This document shows, in pieces, positions 44,001-57,700 of a stretch of 64,000 nt of DNA (position 1 is the first letter of the stretch; each line of letters starts with the position of its first letter). Source of the stretch: Balanoglossus misakiensis. Lineage: Eukaryota > Animalia > Hemichordata. The stretch spans positions 2,495,334-2,559,333 of the forward strand of contig CM082593.2 of the NCBI GenBank assembly GCA_040954595.2. The letters are read 5' to 3'. Under the pieces are notes generated by a model. The model did no database searches. It saw only the letters and a program-made list of their open reading frames with translations, and was not told the DNA's origin. Made by a program: the position numbers and the translations under genes.

Positions 44001-47000
44001 CAAAGAGACCACAAGCCCACCGGGGAAGAATCCCTGTCCAAAGTGTTACGCGATAAGAAAACCGGCAGCGAGACGGAACTCAAGTCTCTCCGAGACGAGA
44101 GTGTCTTTGTTGACATTCTGTCGGAGGAGCAGTGCAGAGAGTTGGAGGAGAGGAACAAGCGCTTGTCGGCCGACCTGAAACAGAAAAACGGAAATCTGGA
44201 CCAGCTGAAATCCGAACTGGAAAAATGCCAAAGAGAAATCAACATTCTTAACCATCAACACCGTAAACAACTTGGTAGGTCTGTTCAGTCTCACCAAATA
44301 CCATGTTCAGAGAAAAGATTGTTTTTGAATGTTTATAAATACAATTTCAATTACCTCACTCAAGAATACCTTTCTATTTTTATTCATGTGCGCAGATAAT
44401 TACAGGAAAGTGATAACCTCGGGAGAGTTGACGGACTCTACACAGCAGACTCCAAGTTTAGACACCTCATTACAATATTTACAGGAACAGATAAGAGAGT
44501 TAGAGTCATACGGACAGCGAACTCAAGAAAACAAGTCGACTTTGGAGGTAAGAAGTTGCTTCATTCTACAAGTCAGGGACTTGTTGGTGGATAAATGTTG
44601 TGACATGTATGTTAATAGGCTTTCTAGAAACTTTCACCATTGTTAGATACCAAAGTGATAGTACTAGGCAACAATGTTTCAAAAAATCGAACAGAAATAT
44701 GTCGAATACAGTATATTTCACAGACTGATATATGGTATCTGTTTTTTTATTCGACAGAGCACAGTGATGGATCAGAGATTGAAATATGAAAAGACCATTG
44801 CCAAATTACAAGCCGAAGTGACCAATCTTAGGCACATCAATTTACAGCTGGTTTCTGAATATTCAAATCATGGTATGCAAATCTTATCTGTTATCGGTTC
44901 TTTTTAGCATCCATCTGAATGTCCATATCAATTTATCTAATACTGATCTTCTGTGTGATGTTTCAGATCGGGTATTACAGGGTGAAGAGGTTGCTTTACT
45001 GTTGAAAAATGCCCAAGACATGCAGAAGGCTCAGGACACCATTGCAATACTACATACCAAAGTATGATGATACTTTTATTACTTAATGTAGCTTTGTAAC
45101 TTTTATTTTGAGACAGGGTTGTACCTGTCAACTATCAATGAAACATTTTCATATATTTTGTTTCTTCAGTTGAGAAACTTGCAGTTAGCAATGCTGCATA
45201 AGGACAAGTTCATTTCTGACATGGAGTGGAATTTGATGGATAGGGAGGCCTACATCGCCATCTTGCAATCGGAGGTGGACACACAGGCCGCAGAACTGAG
45301 TTACTTCAAGACTATGAGAGACAGTGGAGTGCTGAGGAGAGTCCGAAGTTTTGGTGCAAGAGGAAAAACATATGTGAGTGCCGTCTTTCCAATTAAATTT
45401 ACCAGTATTTTTTCATTTGTTTGCCAACAGTGAAGAATAATAATACAGTATGTATTTCTCAGATTCCTCATTATCCATATATTCATTGTTGCAGCTGGAC
45501 AGCCAACATACTCCATCACCAATCAAGTCACCACCATCAAAGTTTACAACGAAGACCACTAAGTCAGAGGTTGATGCAGGTTTGAAAGAGATTTATGAAC
45601 TGACGAACAGTTTGGAAGGGAAGATCTCCACCTGTGAGAAGAGCAACTACACTGCCATTCCATCTGTTAGTTGCACTCCCAAGAGTCAGACAACAGAAAG
45701 CTCACCAGAGAGTTTGCTCGTTTCGGAAGCAGTCCCAACAGAGCTCCATCCTGTCACCATGACTACAGCTGCGGCGGAATTACCAACAGCCAGGGACAAG
45801 AGACGAAAGTGGCTGGAAAGCCGAGATCCGGAGACCGGCAGTCCCGTCTTGAAACGGAAAGTGACGAAGGAAGAAGGGAACGAGGGAGAGAAGAATGCAG
45901 ACACGGACGACCTCACACAGGGCAAAAGAATGAGACCGGCCAACAGCATCGAATGGTCCACTGTAGATATTCCACTTGAATCCGAATCCAACATGGATGC
46001 CAGCAAGAAGGATGGTGGGATGGTACGACCGGAGAAGGCGGAAAAGTCAACCATGGAAGAAGAAACACCGAAACTCGAACCTTTGGTTATTTCGGAACCT
46101 GTGGTTATAGAAGATGCAGAAGTGTCCAAAGTTACCATGGTAAATACTTTTTTTTTAGGATATTCACAGAAAAAAAAGTGTCTCACAAGTCCCTATGATC
46201 AACCAGCATGTACAACAAAGTAATGGAAACCACATTATTTTTCATGTGATTTTCTCCCATTTCCAGGAAAAACGAACCGTCAAAATATCATCGCCTGAAA
46301 TACAGAAGATGCCTAAACCATTGAAAGTGTATGAAGTTAAGAAGGCCCCAAGTCTTCTGTGCTGTGGCTCTGTACATAAACACTCCGTCACATCAACCTC
46401 TAGCTCCGAGGAGGACCTGAGACCCTGGCCAGCAAGCAGCAGGTCTTCTGCAGAACTACGGGAAAAAGCAGACAGTTCCCATCACTTGGGACAACTCCAC
46501 TCTGCTCTCGCTGTCAAAAGATCCATGGATGAGATTGCAGAGTCGGTCAGTACTTTCCACATGAAAAGTAGCATTTCGAATGAAGAAGTGAGATCTACAT
46601 CAGCGTGCTTGAAGGAGCCGGTTGATAAGTGCATCAGAAGTGTATCCATGGAAGATCAGTTACATGCAACTCAAGAAAATACATTTCAATCCGGACAACC
46701 GAACCACACCCAGAGCACTCCGAACATGAGAGACAGCTCAAATAAACAGCATCTCAGTATCTTTACACCTGTAGCAACAAGATTATCAGGGGATACCAGA
46801 GCTACACAGTCCGCAGAGGCAGGCTTGGATGCCAGGGTCAAGGTCAGCGATGGACCAGGATCTGCAGAGGAGGAAAGGCCACAGACGGTGTCTAGGAACT
46901 CTTCACAGGAACAAATCCAAAAACGCATAGACAGTATCATCACACGGAGTGCGGTGCAGAGAAGGGGTGCGAAGGCTCAAGAGAAACGAGACGATCACCA

Positions 47001-48885
47001 GAAAGGACAGGTCAGGTCGCGGTCGGTCATCAGGGAAGACAGAAGTAGAGGTGAGAGGAAAGTGACGCCTCCTCGAGACAAAACGGAACAAGACACCGGA
47101 AGAACTCGTCGGTCAATGTCCGTGCCGGCGGTCAGTCGGTCACCAGCTGCGGTCAGAAGCGCATCATCAGTGGATCGCACAACCCCATCACTGTCGACCA
47201 AGAAGATGATCTCATTGTCGCCAAAGATCGAGAGAGTAAGATTGGCGAAAAGCCCTGTGAGGCACGTGCATGTTGACATGAGCGTGGCCAGCAGGGCAGG
47301 GAGACGCGACTCTGACAAGGGCAGGGATGACAGCTCGGTGAGTTCACTGGAGTCCATCACCAAGACAGAACAGAAGGAGAACATCACACCCCCACCGCAG
47401 CCCAAAATCAACAAGTCCTTGACGATTACAATGGAGCTGAGACCGAGAAGTGCCTCGGTCGGATCCCGAGTGAGCAGATCCAACTCTGATAAATCACTGG
47501 AGAGTAGAAACAGTTCTGGTGAATCGTCACCATCCAAAGTTGAGAACAGTACAACAGTAACACCTTCAAGCGAAGTAAAAGATTCATCGGTAAAACCACC
47601 CTTGCTGAAGATGAAGCTTAGCCAGCTTCACAACCTCGGTAACGTGAAAGACATTCGGAAGAAATTCTCCGACTTGCAGTACAGTAGTTCTCCCAGTGTT
47701 TTGCAGTTGCTGGATGACAAGAGCGCTCCTGTGAGAAACGAAAAGCAAAGTTCTGGAAGTGGGGGACGGGTCAAAGAACTTAGCCAAGCCTTTTCTGCCG
47801 GATTAGCAGACAAGAAAGGGTCCAGAGGTAACTCTCCATCTTCCTCCGCAAACAACGTCAATAAGTCCGTCAGCAAACATGTAGAACTGTTCCAAAAAAG
47901 CAAAGCCGGAACTCCGGAAGCCAAGCAGAAGACCATGCCCGGAATCAGCATTTTACGGATTCGCCAGCCACTCAGTCAGGATAAAGATTCCGGATCAGAT
48001 TCTCCCTGCGACTCGCCAATTTTAGGAAGAAAGGGATTGCAGTTGGGAGAGAGGAGGAAGTCGGGGCCGGAAGGAAAGTCGGGAAGCTCAAGTTCATTCG
48101 ACAATCATGAGAGTGGAAGTAGGACGGCCTCGAGAAAGGAGGACGAAGTGAACGCTAAATCTCCAGTCGTAAACGACGGTACAAATACTCCAAGTGGTGT
48201 TTCTGGAAATGAAAAGCGGGATGTAAGCACACTCACATACAAAAGAATACCAGCCAGTCCTAAATTATGGTCATCAAGGATACGAGAGCCACAGATCTCC
48301 CCGAGGTCAAACAGCGAGAAACCTTCTGTCTCACATTTGTCTGGAGAAACAAAGAGCCGGCAATCCGAAGTGACTTCACCTTCAAAAGACAGAAGCAACC
48401 AGTCACCAGTCAAGTCAGCGACTTACGACGATGTCACGAAGGACAATGTGAGTCTCAGCAAACGATCGCTGGGATCTAAACAGACACTTCCCAGCCGACC
48501 CAAACTATCGCACATGCCAGCTGTCAAATCTGACAGTGATGGCAGCAATCAGCCGACGGACACATCAGAGAACAGAACGCCCTTTAAACTGAAGAGAGAC
48601 GTAACATCCTCTCCCGGAAGCAGGACGACTACCCCTTCCGAACCTCCGAAGGCGAACTCCACATCTTCCTCAGAAAAAGCATCAAAAGACAACAATCTGA
48701 AGTCACCCAAATCAGGAGACACTGTCACTGTTGTATGGACTCCGCAAGCAGCTGAAAGTGCAGGGGTGAAGAGTCAAAGTGCAGAGGTCAAGAGTGGCTC
48801 GGACTCGTCCAGAGTGCAGAGTTCTAACCGAGAAGACAAAAGAAGTGGTTGGTTCTCAAAGAAGCTCTTCAAAGGAACCAAGTAA
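39163..48885 (+). CDS. Large uncharacterised Ser/Lys/Glu-rich disordered and coiled-coil protein, ~2384 aa, 10 coding exons
   Basis: Exons 39163-41047, 41304-41552, 41860-42048, 43273-44274, 44396-44547, 44758-44872, 44967-45061, 45170-45373, 45495-46139, 46267-48885. All GT-AG and phase-compatible, total 7155 nt. Strong acceptor (CTAAC branch point, pyrimidine tract, cAG) at 39037-39038. Confidence 0.85.
41304..41552 (+). CDS. Large gene coding exon 2
   Basis: cgtAG|GC WDKVKQAL..EEFTRKMEEWE..KRK G|GTAAG. Confidence 0.82.
41860..42048 (+). CDS. Large gene coding exon 3
   Basis: NAGNAG acceptor CAG/TAG; ..NLSDKFRKKLSEWEKK..; T|GTGAGT. Confidence 0.8.
43273..44274 (+). CDS. Large gene coding exon 4
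   Basis: tctcAG|GT; within 394-aa ORF; G|GTAGGT. Confidence 0.85.
44396..45373 (+). CDS. Large gene coding exons 5-8 (44396-44547, 44758-44872, 44967-45061, 45170-45373), coiled-coil region
   Basis: Four short GT-AG exons in phase, heptad-like sequence (LQYLQEQIRELE, YEKTIAKLQAEVTNL, IAILQSEVDTQAAEL). Confidence 0.78.
45495..46139 (+). CDS. Large gene coding exon 9
   Basis: ttgcAG|CTG; ATG|GTAAAT. Confidence 0.82.
46267..48885 (+). CDS. Large gene terminal coding exon
   Basis: ttccAG|GAA; 896-aa ORF ending GWFSKKLFKGTK TAA. Confidence 0.88.
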   Translation, partial: EKRTVKISSPEIQKMPKPLKVYEVKKAPSLLCCGSVHKHSVTSTSSSEEDLRPWPASSRSSAELREKADSSHHLGQLHSALAVKRSMDEIAESVSTFHMKSSISNEEVRSTSACLKEPVDKCIRSVSMEDQLHATQENTFQSGQPNHTQSTPNMRDSSNKQHLSIFTPVATRLSGDTRATQSAEAGLDARVKVSDGPGSAEEERPQTVSRNSSQEQIQKRIDSIITRSAVQRRGAKAQEKRDDHQKGQVRSRSVIREDRSRGERKVTPPRDKTEQDTGRTRRSMSVPAVSRSPAAVRSASSVDRTTPSLSTKKMISLSPKIERVRLAKSPVRHVHVDMSVASRAGRRDSDKGRDDSSVSSLESITKTEQKENITPPPQPKINKSLTITMELRPRSASVGSRVSRSNSDKSLESRNSSGESSPSKVENSTTVTPSSEVKDSSVKPPLLKMKLSQLHNLGNVKDIRKKFSDLQYSSSPSVLQLLDDKSAPVRNEKQSSGSGGRVKELSQAFSAGLADKKGSRGNSPSSSANNVNKSVSKHVELFQKSKAGTPEAKQKTMPGISILRIRQPLSQDKDSGSDSPCDSPILGRKGLQLGERRKSGPEGKSGSSSSFDNHESGSRTASRKEDEVNAKSPVVNDGTNTPSGVSGNEKRDVSTLTYKRIPASPKLWSSRIREPQISPRSNSEKPSVSHLSGETKSRQSEVTSPSKDRSNQSPVKSATYDDVTKDNVSLSKRSLGSKQTLPSRPKLSHMPAVKSDSDGSNQPTDTSENRTPFKLKRDVTSSPGSRTTTPSEPPKANSTSSSEKASKDNNLKSPKSGDTVTVVWTPQAAESAGVKSQSAEVKSGSDSSRVQSSNREDKRSGWFSKKLFKGTK

Positions 48886-51731
48886 GTTTACTTCCAGATG
48901 GATCATAATCATAATCTTTTCTTCACAGACACATCTTTTATTATGATAGATTATAAGTTTGTTATTGCCAGCATTGTCACATTTGCTTGTCAACACTGCA
49001 TGCACACCTCACATTGTCAAGTTTTGTTTTGTGTTGTGATGCACCATTTGACTCCGTGAGATATAAGCCACTTTGCAGCCTTTTGCAGAAGAGGTGGGCT
49101 TGCTTGAAATCTGCCAACAAAAGCCACCTTTTGCCAACTTCTCTTGCAAGCATATTTGTTTGTGTATATATTGTATGTTGAAACTCACTTTTGGATATTT
49201 GAACGTGATACAGGATTTGTTTATATGTTGACATACAACACTTCCAATCTTTTCAACAGAAGAGAAGGGGGTATGATTGATAGGGAATGAAATAAAACGA
49301 GGTACTAGTAGTGCTTTTATCACACACACGCCATCACGCTTATGTCTGTGTTTTTTAAATTTCTGTTATGCAGTGATGATGATGATTTGCATGCGCCTAG
49401 ACTACACACTGATGACAATGTAGATGCTTCCTGAACAGCACTGTGTCGCCATAAAATGCATTGACTGCTTAATTAACAGGTTAGTGACCGTTGACCTCTT
49501 GTCTATACTGGGTTTGATCGTAGAAATAAAAGGTTCACGGTCTTCTATGCACATTTTGCCAGTTGCTGTAGAAAGTTGAGCTCTAGCCAACAACAAAATC
49601 AAGTGAAAAATAATTTTGTGGGACCATCGAACCATATGATACAAACATATTTGATTATTGTGCTTATGTCCATTTCTCTTCTTTGTGTCTGTTTCAGACG
49701 TTGAGTTTTGACTTATGTTCATCACCGTAGCAACAGCTGCAGAATATTGACATGGACACAACTCTGAGGCATTTACATTACAACTGATAGATTTACAAGA
49801 AGACTGCCAGTCTTGGACAAGAGGCATATGCTACGACGGCAAGAGCCTGCAAACTACCTCAATCCAAGGATAGAAGGAGGGGAGGAAATCGTGGAGAAAT
49901 AATCCCTTTGGTATACTGATACTTAAGCACTTAAGATGACTACAAGTAGAAAGATATGACCAGGACACATCAGAAAGAATTGACATTTACGAATTGTTTC
50001 TTCTACTAAACTACGCCAAGCAATTTCTGTTTGAAACATAAATGACAATAATTTATGATGTTTTCAGAAATAAGCATTGTCTTGTCAGTGTTAGCCAGAG
50101 GCTGTCAGCTAATCTCACATTGATGTCTTTTTTGTGGGCACAGTACCAAGAAAGATTTTGTCACTAAAAAGAAAAAAACTATTGTATGGAAAAAGGATCA
50201 TACATGTATTAGACTGAGTTCCAAAAACAATAAAAAGAATAGGAAAAATACTATAAATGACTTGATAGACACTACCATATATATCACTTTTGGTCTTTGT
50301 AATTATGTGAGCACCGACCTCAACAGAAATGTACACTGTTCAAAACTAAACTTGCTGTATTATTCAAGTATTTCAGTTACTTGTACGTCTCAGTATTTTT
50401 TGCATTTTTTTCACATTTTTATGTCACAAACATCAACAAAATGGAATAATCTCTCATTAAGAGTGGAAGATTTACATATGTACCAGTAGATGTACATGTT
50501 TAATAGTATGAGGTTACTGGGAATCTTTGCATACCCTGAAATCTGTAGTCCATAATATTTATGAAAATATTATTTTCAACAAATATTCATGTGTTATTTC
50601 TTTTCATGACCTTGTATTATTGGTCTGTTTCACTTTTATTCTATGCAGAGCAAAAGAAAGTATTCCATTGTGGCTAAAATAGATATTATTTGAATTTAAT
50701 CGGAAAATAGATTGTTATCTGTAATGAAAGATTTACTTAATGTGCAATATCCAAGCATGGTGAGAAATTGCCAAAAATACTGTACTTTCCTTCAGTTGAG
50801 CTCCTCTTTCACATTTTGATGGCTCCTGAAATTGGGTAATTAATATGTTGCCTAATTATTCACAGAGATGGGTCAATAAACTTTCTTCGGCAAAGGGTAA
50901 AATATAACAGAGTCCGGTTCTGCCTGTGCCTAATCATGAGTGGAGCTTAATTTGAAGGATTATACAGTAGTTGCTTCAGTTAAAGCTTAGTAAAATCACC
51001 TACTTCACAAATATTTGAGATTTCCTTTTCATATCTCTTATTTGATATTTTAAGCTATAACCATGACTCAGCATATTTCAATACAACTCTGTAAGCAATT
51101 TTCACAACAAATGTCAACTTTTTGCAAATGCCGGTATATGTTCATCTTTGACTCTAGGTGAATATTTCAAGTCAGAAACAGCTTCAAAGTAATTCAGAGT
51201 CACAAGCAAAGAGAAGCTGCTGGCTACTGCTTTATCTCACAAATGTATCTTAGAAGAAGAAAAGACTGATAACTAAGTGTGGTGTACACAGTAACAAAGT
51301 GCCTTAATTTTATTGGGGAAAGCGGGAGATGATTTTTATTCAAGTTGGAAGTGGTTTTATACAACTCAGAAAAGGAAGAGATTTGTTTTAAAATGTAAAT
51401 TTATAGAGAAAAGTGAATGTGTACTGAAAGCTTATTGTATTATCTTGCCATCAACAATTTTTTTTTTCTAGAATCAGAAGACCATTTTAGAAAAGAAATA
51501 AAGTAATATCTTTTATTTAAAAGCTGTTGAGAATTTGGTGTTATGATTGTATATGTACTTCTTGTCTCTGTGGAGCCTACCAGGAGAATGTTTGCACATT
51601 GCTGTGAAGGATTTTGCTTGTAGGTTGTATGTGCTGGGCTGAGTGAGTGTGTGTTTGATTGATTGATTGACAGGTTGAATTTGTGTCTGGGCACTGTTAT
51701 TGAAACACGTGTAACCCGTTCACCCCCCTAG

Positions 51732-54700
51732 TTTTCATGGGTTATAGCTCATGAAAATTGTAAAAAATTCGACCATTTTCCGACTTCGTGGATAGTGATG
51801 TTTTTGTCATTTCTGGACATTTTCCATGGGTTATTGCTCATGAAAATTGTCATGGTTTTTATCAAAAAACGACCAAATTTTGAAAATTCGCGAAGTCGAA
51901 AAGTTGACATTTCTGGATGGTTTTCATGGGCTATAACCCATGGTTTTTGTCGAAAAACCACCAAATTTTGAAAATCCGCGAAGTCGAAAAATTGACATTT
52001 CTGGATGGTTTTCATGGGCTATAACCCATGGTTTTTGTCGAAAAACCACCAAATTTTGAAAATCCGCGAAGTCGAAAAATTGACATTTCTGGATGGTTTT
52101 CATGGGCTATACCCATGGTTTTTGTCGAAAAACCACCAAATTTTGAAAATCCGCGAAGTCGAAAAATTGACATTTCTGGATGATTTTCATGGGCTATAAC
52201 CCATGGTTTTTGTCGAAAAACCACCAAATTTTGAAATCCGCGAAGTCGAAAATTGACATTTCTGGATGATTTTCATGGGCTATAACCCATGGTTTTTGTC
52301 GAAAAACCACCAAATTTTGAAAATCCGCGAAGTCGAAAAATTGACATTTCTGGATGGTTTTCATGGGCTATAACCCATGGTTTTTGTCGAAAAACCACCA
52401 AATTTTGAAAATCCGCGAAGTCGAAAATTGACATTTCTGGATGGTTTTCATGGGCTATAACCCATGGTTTTTTGTCGAAAAACCACCAAATTTTGAAAAT
52501 CCGCGAAGTCGAAAAATTGACATTTCTGGATGGTTTTCATGGGCTATAACCCATGGTTTTTGTCGAAAAACCACCAAATTTTGAAAATCCGCGAAGTCGA
52601 AAAATTGACATTTCTGGATGATTTTCATGGGCTATAACCCATGGTTTTTGTCGAAAAACCACCAAATTTTGAAAATCCGCGAAGTCGAAAAATTGACATT
52701 TCTGGATGATTTTCATGGGCTATAACCCATGGTTTTTGTCGAAAAACCACCAAATTTTGAAAATCCGCGAAGTCGAAAAATTGACATTTCTGGATGATTT
52801 TCATGGGCTATAACCCATGGTTTTTGTCGAAAAACCACCAAATTTTGAAAATCCGCGAAGTCGAAAAATTGACATTTCTGGATGATTTTCATGGGCTATA
52901 ACCCATGGTTTTTGTCGAAAAACCACCAAATTTTGAAAATCCGCGAAGTCGAAAAATGACATTTCTGGATGATTTTCATGGGCTATAACCCATGGTTTTT
53001 GTCGAAAAACCACCAAATTTTGAAAATCCCGCGAAGTCGAAAAATTGACATTTCTGGATGATTTTCATGGGATATAACCCATGGTTTTTGTCGAAAAACC
53101 ACCAAATTTTGAAAATCCGCGAAGTCGAAAAATTGACATTTCTGGATGATTTTCATGGGCTATAACCCATGGTTTTTGTCGAAAAACCACCAAATTTTGA
53201 AAATCCGCGAAGTCGAAAATTGACATTTCTGGATGTTTTCATGGGCTAAACCCATGGTTTTTGTCGAAAAACCACCAAATTTTGAAAATCCGCGAAGTCG
53301 AAAAATTGACATTTCTGGATGATTTTCATGGCATAACCATGGTTTTTGTCGAAAAACCACCAAATTTTGAAATCCGCGAAGTCGAAAATTTGACATTTCT
53401 GGATGATTTTCATGGGCTATAACCCATGGTTTTTGTCGAAAAACCACCAAATTTTGAAAATCCGCGAAGTCGAAAAATTGACATTTCTGGATGATTTTCA
53501 TGGGCTATAACCCATGTTTTTTGTCGAAAAACCACCAAATTTTGAAAATCCGCGAAGTCGAAAAATTGACATTTCTGGATGGTTTTCATGGGCTATAACC
53601 CATGGTTTTTGTCGAAAAACCACCAAATTTTGAAAATCCGCGAAGTCGAAAAATTGGACATTTCTGGATGGTTTTCATGGGCTATAACCCATGGTTTTTG
53701 TCGAAAAACCACCAAATTTTGAAAATCCCGCGAAGTCGAAAATTTGACATTTCTGGATGATTTTCATGGGCTATAACCCATGGTTTTTGTCGAAAAACCA
53801 CCAAATTTTGAAAATCCGCGAAGTCGAAAATTTGACATTTCTGGATGATTTTCATGGGCTATAACCCATGGTTTTTGTCGAAAAACCACCAAATTTTGAA
53901 AATCCGCGAAGTCGAAAAATTGACATTTCTGGATGATTTTCATGGGCTATAACCCATGGTTTTTGTCGAAAAACCACCAAATTTTGAAAATCCGCGAAGT
54001 CGAAAAATTGACATTTCTGGATGATTTTCATGGGCTATAACCCATGGTTTTTGTCGAAAAACCACCAAATTTTGAAAATCCGCGAAGTCGAAAAATTGAC
54101 ATTTATGGATGATTTTCATGGGCTATAACCCATGGTTTTTGTCGAAAAACCACCAAATTTTGAAAATCCGCGAAGTCGAAAAATTGACATTTCTGGATGA
54201 TTTTCATAGGCTATAACCCATGGTTTTTGTCGAAAAACCACCAAATTTTGAAAATCCGCGAAGTCGAAAATTGACATTTCTGGATGATTTTCATGGGCTA
54301 TAACCCATGGTTTTTGTCGAAAAACCACCAAATTTTTGAAAATCCGCGAAGTCGAAAAATTGACATTTCTGGATGATTTTCATGGGCTATAACCCATGCT
54401 TTTTGTCGAAAAACCACCAAATTTTGAAAATCCGCGAAGTCGAAAAATTGACATTTCTGGATGATTTTCATGGGCTATAACCCATGGTTTTTGTCGAAAA
54501 ACCACCAAATTTTGAAAATCCGCGAAGTCGAAAAATTGACATTTCTGGATGATTTTCATGGGCTATAACCCATGGTTTTTGTCGAAAAACCACCAAAATT
54601 TTGAAAATCCGCGAAGTCGAAAAATTGACATTTCTGGATGATTTTCATGGGCTATAACCCATGGTTTTTGTCGAAAAACCACCAAATTTTGAAATCCGCG

Positions 54701-57700
54701 AAGTCGAAAAATTGACATTTCTGGATGATTTTCATGGGCTATAACCCATGGTTTTTGTCGAAAAACCACCAAACTTTTGAAAATCCGCGAAGTCGAAAAT
54801 TGACATTTCTGGATGATTTTCATGGGCTATAACCCATGGTTTTTGTCGAAAAACCACCAAATTTTGAAAATCCGCGAAGTCGAAAAATTGACATTTCTGG
54901 ATGGTTTTCATGGGCTATAACCCATGGTTTTTGTCGAAAACCACCAAATTTTGAAAATCCGCGAAGTCGAAAAATTGACATTTCTGGATGATTTTCATGG
55001 GCTATAACCCATGGTTTTTGTCGAAAAACCACCAAATTTTGAAAATCCGCGAAGTCGAAAAATTGACATTTCTGGATGGTTTTCATGGGCTATAACCCAT
55101 GGTTTTTGTCGAAAAACCACCAAATTTTGAAAATCCGCGAAGTCGAAAAATTGACATTTCTGGATGGTTTTCATGGGCTATAACCCATGGTTTTTGTCGA
55201 AAAACCACCAAATTTTGAAAATCCGCGAAGTCGAAAAATTGACATTTCTGGATGGTTTTCATGGGCTATAACCCATGGTTTTTGTCGAAAAACCACCAAA
55301 TTTTGAAAATCCGCGAAGTCGAAAAATTGACATTTCTGGATGTTGTCATGGCTATAACCATGGTTTTTGTCGAAAAACCACCAAATTTTGAAAATCCGCG
55401 AAGTCGAAAAATTGACATTTCTGGATGGTTTTCATGGGCTATAACCCATGGTTTTTGTCGAAAAACCACCAAATTTTGAAAATCCGCGAAGTCGAAAAAT
55501 TGACATTTCTGGATGATTTTCATGGGCTATAACCCATGGTTTTGTCGAAAAACCACCAAATTTTGAAAATCCGCGAAGTCGAAAAATTGACATTTCTGGA
55601 TGATTTTCAGGGGCTATAACCCATGGTTTTTGTCGAAAAACCACCAAATTTTGAAAATCCGCGAAGTCGAAAAATTGACATTTCTGGATGATTTTCATGG
55701 GCTATAACCCATGGTTTTTGTCGAAAAACCACCAAATTTTGAAAATCCGCGAAGTCGAAAAATTGACATTTCTGGATGATTTTCATGGGCTATAACCCAT
55801 GGTTTTTGTCGAAAAACCACCAAATTTTGAAAATCCGCGAAGTCGAAAAATTGACATTTCTGGATGATTTTCATGGGCTATAACCCATGGTTTTTGTCGA
55901 AAAACCACCAAATTTTGAAAATCCGCGAAGTCGAAAAATTGACATTTCTGGATGATTTTTCATGGGCTATAACCCATGGTTTTTGTCGAAAAACCACCAA
56001 ATTTGAAAATCCGCGAAGTCGAAAAATTGACATTTCTGGATGATTTTCATGGGCTATAACCCATGGTTTTTTGTCGAAAAACCACCAAATTTTGAAAATC
56101 CGCGAAGTCGAAAAATTGACATTTCTGGATGGTTTTCATGGGCTATAACCCATGGTTTTTGTCGAAAAACCACCAAATTTTGAAAATCCGCGAAGTCGAA
56201 AAATTGACATTTCTGGATGGTTTTCATGGGCTATAACCCATTGGTTTTTGTCGAAAAACCACCAAATTTTGAAAATCCGCGAAGTCGAAAAATTGACATT
56301 TCTGGATGGTTTTCATGGGCTATAACCCATGGTTTTGTCGAAAAACCACCAAATTTTGAAAATCCGCGAAGTCGAAAAATTGACATTTCTGGATGATTTT
56401 CATGGCTATAACCCATGGTTTTTGTCGAAAAACCACCAAATTTTGAAAAATCCGCGAAGTCGAAAATTTGACATTTCTGGATGATTTTCATGGGCTATAA
56501 CCCATGGTTTTTGTCGAAAAAACCACCAAATTTTGAAAATCCGCGAAGTCGAAAAATTGACATTTCTGGATGGTTTTCATGGGCTATAACCCATGGTTTT
56601 TGTCGAAAAACCACCAAATTTTGAAAATCCGCGAAGTCGAAAATTTGACATTTCTGGATGGATTTTCATGGGCTATAACCCATGGTTTTTGTCGAAAAAC
56701 CACCAAATTTTGAAAATCCGCGAAGTCGAAAATTTGACATTTCTGGATGATTTTCATGGGCTATAACCCATGGTTTTTGTCGAAAAACCACCAAATTTTG
56801 AAAATCCGCGAAGTCGAAAAATTGACATTTCTGGATGATTTTCATGGGCTATAACCCATGGTTTTTGTCGAAAACCACCAAATTTTGAAAATCCGCGAAG
56901 TCGAAAAATTGACATTTCTGGATGATTTTCATGGGCTATAACCCATGGTTTTTGTCGAAAAACCACCAAATTTTGAAATCCGCGAAGTCGAAAAATTGAC
57001 ATTTCTGGATGATTTTCATGGGCTATAACCCATGCTTTTTGTCGAAAACCACCAAATTTTGAAAATCCGCGAAGTCGAAAAATTGACATTTCTGGATGAT
57101 TTCATAGGCTATAACCCATGGTTTTTGTCGGAAAAACCACCAAATTTTGAAAATCCGCGAAGTCGAAAAATTGACATTTCTGGATGATTTTCATGGGCTA
57201 TAACCCATGGTTTTTGTCGAAAACCACCAAATTTTGAAAATCCGCGAAGTCGAAAAATTGACATTTCTGGATGATTTTCATGGCTATAACCCATGCTTTT
57301 GTCGAAAAACCACCAAATTTTGAAAATCCGCGAAGTCGAAAATTGACATTTCTGGATGATTTTCATGGGCTATAACCCATGGTTTTTGTCGAAAAACCAC
57401 CAAATTTTGAAAATCCGCGAAGTCGAAAAATTGACATTTCTGGATGATTTTCATGGGCTATAACCCATGGTTTTTGTCGAAAAACCACCAAATTTTGAAA
57501 ATCCGCGAAGTCGAAAAATTGACATTTCTGGATGATTTTCATGGGCTATAACCCATGGTTTTTGTCGAAAAACCACCAAATTTTGAAAATCCGCGAAGTC
57601 GAAAAATTGACATTTCTGGATGATTTTCATGGCTATAACCCATGGTTTTTGTCGAAAAACCACCAAATTTTGAAAATCCGCGAAGTCGAAAAATTGACAT

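Noticed and set aside
39490-48413. Numerous minus-strand ORFs over the large gene
   Set aside because: Antisense shadows of long coding exons.
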